DNA of 64,000 nt, taken from contig JBMOPW010000034.1 in the NCBI GenBank assembly GCA_049322915.1, forward strand, positions 160,001 to 224,000. The letters run 5' to 3'. The DNA is from Candidatus Zhuqueibacterota bacterium (GTDB lineage: Bacteria; Zhuqueibacterota; Zhuqueibacteria; Thermofontimicrobiales; Thermofontimicrobiaceae). Every line of letters begins with the position of its first letter. Position 1 is the first letter of the stretch. Shown here piece after piece: positions 59,936 through 64,000 of this stretch. The translations under genes were made by a program, and so were the position numbers. The notes beneath the pieces were generated by a model, which saw nothing but the letters and a program-made list of their open reading frames with translations, had not been told where the DNA came from and ran no database searches.

Positions 59936-59963
59936 TTGGCTTTTGGCTTTTGGCTGTTGGCTT
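59936..59963. repeat. Short heptamer tandem repeat (TTGGCTT/G x4)
   Basis: ttggctt ttggctt ttggctg ttggctt. Confidence 0.55.
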
Positions 59964-60246
59964 ATTGCTGTCAGCATTCAGCGACAGGAAAACAGCATGT
60001 TCAAATCGGATTATCCTGTTATCGAATGTGTGTAACCTTGCAAATGTTGCAATTCATTGTTTTTGAAAGGCTGAATGCTGTTCGCGAATCGTTCAATTTA
60101 GGTGGAGAGAAACAGAAGCGGATTCCTGAACAGGCGAAAGTGCAGGCGCCCGGGAACCGATGGGTGTCCGGTTTCGCAAATTGAGTCATGCCAGGCATCC
60201 TGACCGAAGGGCGGTCAGACGTGGAAATCAAAATGGATGGACAGGC

Positions 60247-61023
60247 TCATTGATCGTCTTCCCCTTCCGGCTTATTCGCAGAGTGGCTGCCCCAGAGATA
60301 ATCTGTTTTCACATGCCGCAACGATTTGAAGATATTCTCTTTGAGCCCGCGATGCTGTTTCTCCATGTCCCGCAGCATGTTTTTGATGACCACCCGGCGC
60401 GACGTCTTTTCAGTCGGGCACTTATTCACAAAAATTGGAAAATTATTTTGAGCGACGTATTCTTTAATTTTTTTCTCCCAGATGTACACCAGCGGCCGAA
60501 TGATGTGATACTTGCCTTTGAACAACTCCTGGTTGGGCATCATGGTTCCGATTTCCCGGCCGAACATGATGTTGATCAGCAGCGTTTCAATGACATCGTC
60601 CTTGTGGTGTCCCAGCGCGATTTTCTGGCATTTCAGTTCATCGGCCAGTTCAATCATTCGCTTTCGCCGGAAGCGCGAGCAGAGAAAGCAGGGATTCTTT
60701 TTATTCTTCTCGCTATGGGCGTACAGACCAATTTCAGTGCGGTCGATGTAATATTCGAAATGCTGTTCTTCAAAATAGGCCTTCATCCGATCGAGATGCG
60801 CTGTGTCGCCGCCGTAAAATCCCAAATCGATATGAACAGGGACCACTGTGAAATCCTGTGGCAGGAATATCTTCCTGCCGGAGAGCACTTTGAGCAGCGT
60901 GAACGAATCGCCTCCTCCGGAAATGCCCACCAGAATGCGATCCCCGGACTGAATCATGCCAAAGTCGTTGACAGCCAATTCGACATTTTTACGGATGAAT
61001 TCATGGAGTTTGTACTTGGCCAT
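60247..61023 (-). CDS. ttcA: TtcA-family tRNA thiolation protein (PP-loop)
   Basis: ISGGGDS PP-loop, PCFLCSRFRR, ALGHHKDD and IIRPL. Confidence 0.85.
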   Translation of the reverse strand: MAKYKLHEFIRKNVELAVNDFGMIQSGDRILVGISGGGDSFTLLKVLSGRKIFLPQDFTVVPVHIDLGFYGGDTAHLDRMKAYFEEQHFEYYIDRTEIGLYAHSEKNKKNPCFLCSRFRRKRMIELADELKCQKIALGHHKDDVIETLLINIMFGREIGTMMPNQELFKGKYHIIRPLVYIWEKKIKEYVAQNNFPIFVNKCPTEKTSRRVVIKNMLRDMEKQHRGLKENIFKSLRHVKTDYLWGSHSANKPEGEDDQ

Positions 61024-61035
61024 ATGTGCTCGTCG

Positions 61036-63135
61036 TCAGTTATTCGGCGCGCCCTCCAGGATGAGCTGGAGCTCTTTCAAAAATTCGCGTTCACCGCTGA
61101 GATTGTTGAATCCGTGTGAATCGTCCAGGTCAATGGCGCGTTTCATCAGCGCGTAGCCTTCGCCGTAGTCATTCTGTTTGAGCCGGATTAGCCCCATACT
61201 GTATAAAATCAGGGACAGACTTTCCAAATTGCCGGCCTGCTCGTACAGTTCCGCAGCTTGATCGTAATTGTCGAACGCCTCCATCAGCTCATTTTTGTTG
61301 TTGTGAATATCTCCCATGCGATCGTAAATCTGGGCGCTGAGCGATTTGATCTCACTGCCCGTGGCGATGGGAAGCGCGCGTTCATACAATTCCATAGCGT
61401 GGTCGAATTCTTTGCGCAGCGAATACGCCGACGCCAGATGCAGCATGGTGCGCACAAGCCCGCTGTTGTTGTCCAGTTCCGTCATGGCCATGATGCTCTG
61501 TTGATAGTAAAATTCAGAGCTATCCGGCTGTCCCAGTTTTTGATAGACCTGCCCCAGCCGATCGTAGGTATCAGCAATGCCCGGCTCATTGTGACATTGC
61601 TGATGCAAGTTCAATCCTTTCAGAAAAAAAGATCGGGCGGCCGGGTAATTTTCCAACTCGTGATAGGTATTGCCCAGGTACGACAAGGTCATGGCCGCGC
61701 CGGCGTCATCGTGCATGGCCTGACGGAGTTCCAGAGCCTGCGTATAAAATTGAACCGCGCGACTGCGTTGCATGATCAATTGATAGATATTTCCCAAATT
61801 TTCATAGGTCAATGCCAGGGTGAGTGAATCATTGGCGGTTTTCATGTCTTCGACACTGGCCTGAAACGTATCCAGCGCCTGTTTCCACTTGCCACTGAGA
61901 AGCAGGATATTGCCGAAATTGCCGGACACGCGAAGCCGATCGGTCGGGTTGTTCAGACAATGCACGCGGGCATGCGCGCTCGTATACTGAACCAGCGCGC
62001 TGTCCAGTTGGCCGATCAATTGATAGGCGACGCCCAGGTTATTGCTCAGGAAAACAGAATCAACGCAGCCAATGGGAAACCGGAGACACCGCTTCAAATG
62101 AAAAGCGGCGCTGTCCCAATCCGCCCGGGCAAACGCGACATCCTTTTCCCGTTCGATGCCCCGGCTCAGATAGCTCTCGGCCAGAAGAAAAGCGCCGGCG
62201 TAAAAATCATTTTCCGACAGCAGTCGAATCGCCCGTTCATGATCGCCATGGTGCAGTGCAAAATAGGCTGTTAAAAAACCGGTCGCCGGTGTTAATTCCG
62301 CCAAACTCAACGGCGGAAGGGTCATTCGGGCCAACTGACACGTATTCCCTTTGATGGCATTGGATTCATTCCAAAATGAGGCATGCTCCGGTTCCTGACC
62401 CGCGCGAAAAAAGATAGGCGTGAAAGTGCGCTCTTCCTTCGCCTGCTGCTGGAATGTCCCGGTGAAAACGAACCATGCGTTGGCGTCCTTTGCAGCCCGG
62501 CGAAGCAGCGAATCGCTGTCCAGCAGAGCCGGGAAATCATCAGCCGGGCCATTTATAATTTCAATGCGGAAGGATCTATCCGCCGCGTCAGCCAGGATTT
62601 TCGCAATGGCGTCTTTGTCACTATCGGTCTCTTCTTCCGGCAGAATCAGCAGGATGCGGATGGACGATTGTTGATCCTCTTTGTCACTGAGTCTGGAATT
62701 GATGTGCCGGGCCAGGTCGTTCACCCCTGCATTATAATTCCCGAAAGTGAATCGCGCCTGATAATTCAGCGTTTTAAATTGGCTATCCGAAAACACGGTC
62801 CGAATGGCCACGAACTGCGAATCGTTCTCTTCGAAGAATTGGCTGAACACGATGCCATCGGCGCCGCGCTCTGTCGATTCGGCGACAAGCGCAGAGTCCA
62901 AAAGTCCTTCGATCAGCGGTGCTGTCCAATTGGAGTCCACGTGAATAATGTCGAATTGGGGAATCGCAGCCAGTGAACGGGTGAATGTTTCCAGAAAAAG
63001 TTGCCTCTTGTCATTCGGAAAGGATTGTACTATCACAGTTAATTTTATGGATTGTAAAGCGAAAAGGACAGGTGCAGTCGCAATGTGAAAAAAGATTAAC
63101 AGCAAGAAAAGTGCATGTGCCTTGTGGTTATTCAT
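61036..63135 (-). CDS. Secreted tetratricopeptide-repeat protein
   Basis: Signal peptide and many C-terminal TPRs (NNLGVAY, ENLGNIY, YLGNTY, DRLGQVY). Confidence 0.88.
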   Translation of the reverse strand: MNNHKAHALFLLLIFFHIATAPVLFALQSIKLTVIVQSFPNDKRQLFLETFTRSLAAIPQFDIIHVDSNWTAPLIEGLLDSALVAESTERGADGIVFSQFFEENDSQFVAIRTVFSDSQFKTLNYQARFTFGNYNAGVNDLARHINSRLSDKEDQQSSIRILLILPEEETDSDKDAIAKILADAADRSFRIEIINGPADDFPALLDSDSLLRRAAKDANAWFVFTGTFQQQAKEERTFTPIFFRAGQEPEHASFWNESNAIKGNTCQLARMTLPPLSLAELTPATGFLTAYFALHHGDHERAIRLLSENDFYAGAFLLAESYLSRGIEREKDVAFARADWDSAAFHLKRCLRFPIGCVDSVFLSNNLGVAYQLIGQLDSALVQYTSAHARVHCLNNPTDRLRVSGNFGNILLLSGKWKQALDTFQASVEDMKTANDSLTLALTYENLGNIYQLIMQRSRAVQFYTQALELRQAMHDDAGAAMTLSYLGNTYHELENYPAARSFFLKGLNLHQQCHNEPGIADTYDRLGQVYQKLGQPDSSEFYYQQSIMAMTELDNNSGLVRTMLHLASAYSLRKEFDHAMELYERALPIATGSEIKSLSAQIYDRMGDIHNNKNELMEAFDNYDQAAELYEQAGNLESLSLILYSMGLIRLKQNDYGEGYALMKRAIDLDDSHGFNNLSGEREFLKELQLILEGAPNN

Positions 63136-63408
63136 GGGAGTCGTCCTTGTTGAGAAAAGCGAACAGCTTGTACTAAGTTCTGACAGGTCTTGAAAATAAA
63201 ATAATAAAGGCTAAAAGTCAAGTCAAATTTTTTAACAGCCTGGGGGAAGTTTTATCGGAAAGAGCTTTCAGGCCAATGCGAAGATCACAAAAAAAACTCC
63301 TCGCAGATGGTTCGACAGGAATTAGCGACTGCGAGGAGTTTTCCATTAAGGGAGGAATTATGTCAAAATTATGAATTACACCGCGAGGACGGCCTTGGGG
63401 CCATGCCA

Positions 63409-64000
63409 TCAAATCGTATCAGTGATAATGACCGTCTTCCTTTTTTCAGTTTTAATTTCAGGGATTGTTTTAGGGCTTTTCTGATTCAACTCTTTATGGA
63501 ATTTCTGAATTGCATCATGGTACGGTTCGAGTTTAATCTTGTCGATGAGGTTGTGCTTGCTCATATCGAAATATCTCATCGTCTCCTTCTTTTCGAGCGT
63601 CACTTTGACTTCCATGTTCGCTTTGTTTCTAAGAATAACCAGTTTCACCTCATCTCCGTCTTCAAATTCCCTCAGGATATCGCGGACATCTTCCTGGGAT
63701 GTAACCTCTTCCCCATCGACTTTCAAAATCACATCGCCGGATTTCAAATTGGCCTTCTCCGCCGGGCTAGCTTCCTCAACGGAAAGGATGAGCGCCCCTT
63801 CCCCTTCTTTGGCGTTGAAGTATGACGCCAGGCCTTCCGTCATCCCGAACAAACTCACGCCCAAATAACCGCCGCCGCCTTCGTAAATGCTGAACAGGTT
63901 TGGACCATCACTATTGAAAACGCGGAAGCTGCTCATATTTTTCATGCTGCCAATTTTAACGTTTATCGATTTCAGACTGCCATCCCGGATCACCTGAATT
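63409..64000 (-). CDS. PDZ-domain protein, 5' end outside the window
   Basis: GYLGVSL...GALILSVEEASPAEKANLKSGDVILKVDG. Confidence 0.85.
   Translation of the reverse strand, partial: IQVIRDGSLKSINVKIGSMKNMSSFRVFNSDGPNLFSIYEGGGGYLGVSLFGMTEGLASYFNAKEGEGALILSVEEASPAEKANLKSGDVILKVDGEEVTSQEDVRDILREFEDGDEVKLVILRNKANMEVKVTLEKKETMRYFDMSKHNLIDKIKLEPYHDAIQKFHKELNQKSPKTIPEIKTEKRKTVIITDTI

Noticed and set aside
60000..60240. Possible small RNA between ttcA and the hybrid kinase promoter
   Set aside because: Only isolated short hairpins (e.g. CTGACCG/CGGTCAG at 60200-60218); no recognisable family features.

Overview
Bacterial chromosomal window. The PorV-like and FlgD-Ig proteins and the overall gene content suggest an FCB-group lineage such as KSB1 or Calditrichota; this is inference. 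Nearly all genes are on the minus strand. From left to right: ald (partial) and an M16 peptidase; the conserved rimP-nusA-infB-DUF503-rbfA-truB-ribF-rpsO-pnp cluster; a TPR protein and tRNA-Arg(CCT); an accessory patch (type III restriction Res remnant, SAM methyltransferase, MFS, hypotheticals, class A beta-lactamase); kdpABC with a kinase-less KdpD and a KimA-like permease; a CNT nucleoside transporter; a four-gene Dcm / GHKL-histidine kinase / receiver-domain / Vsr module; a run of secondary transporters with a membrane pyrophosphatase; a GH39 hydrolase; a sigma54/NtrC two-component locus next to PorV-like genes; then ttcA-like, TPR and PDZ genes. Four things stand out. (1) An ~860-nt non-coding segment between rpsO and pnp folds by eye into a closed, nested, multi-junction structure with a long-range pseudoknot, so it is a candidate large ornate ncRNA. 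(2) The methyltransferase-phosphorelay-Vsr module has no recognisable restriction endonuclease and is bounded by integron-cassette-like core sites. (3) Two copies of a deeply nested MITE have inner segments inverted relative to a shared outer frame. (4) A beta-lactamase was apparently captured together with a 6-codon stub of its LysR regulator.
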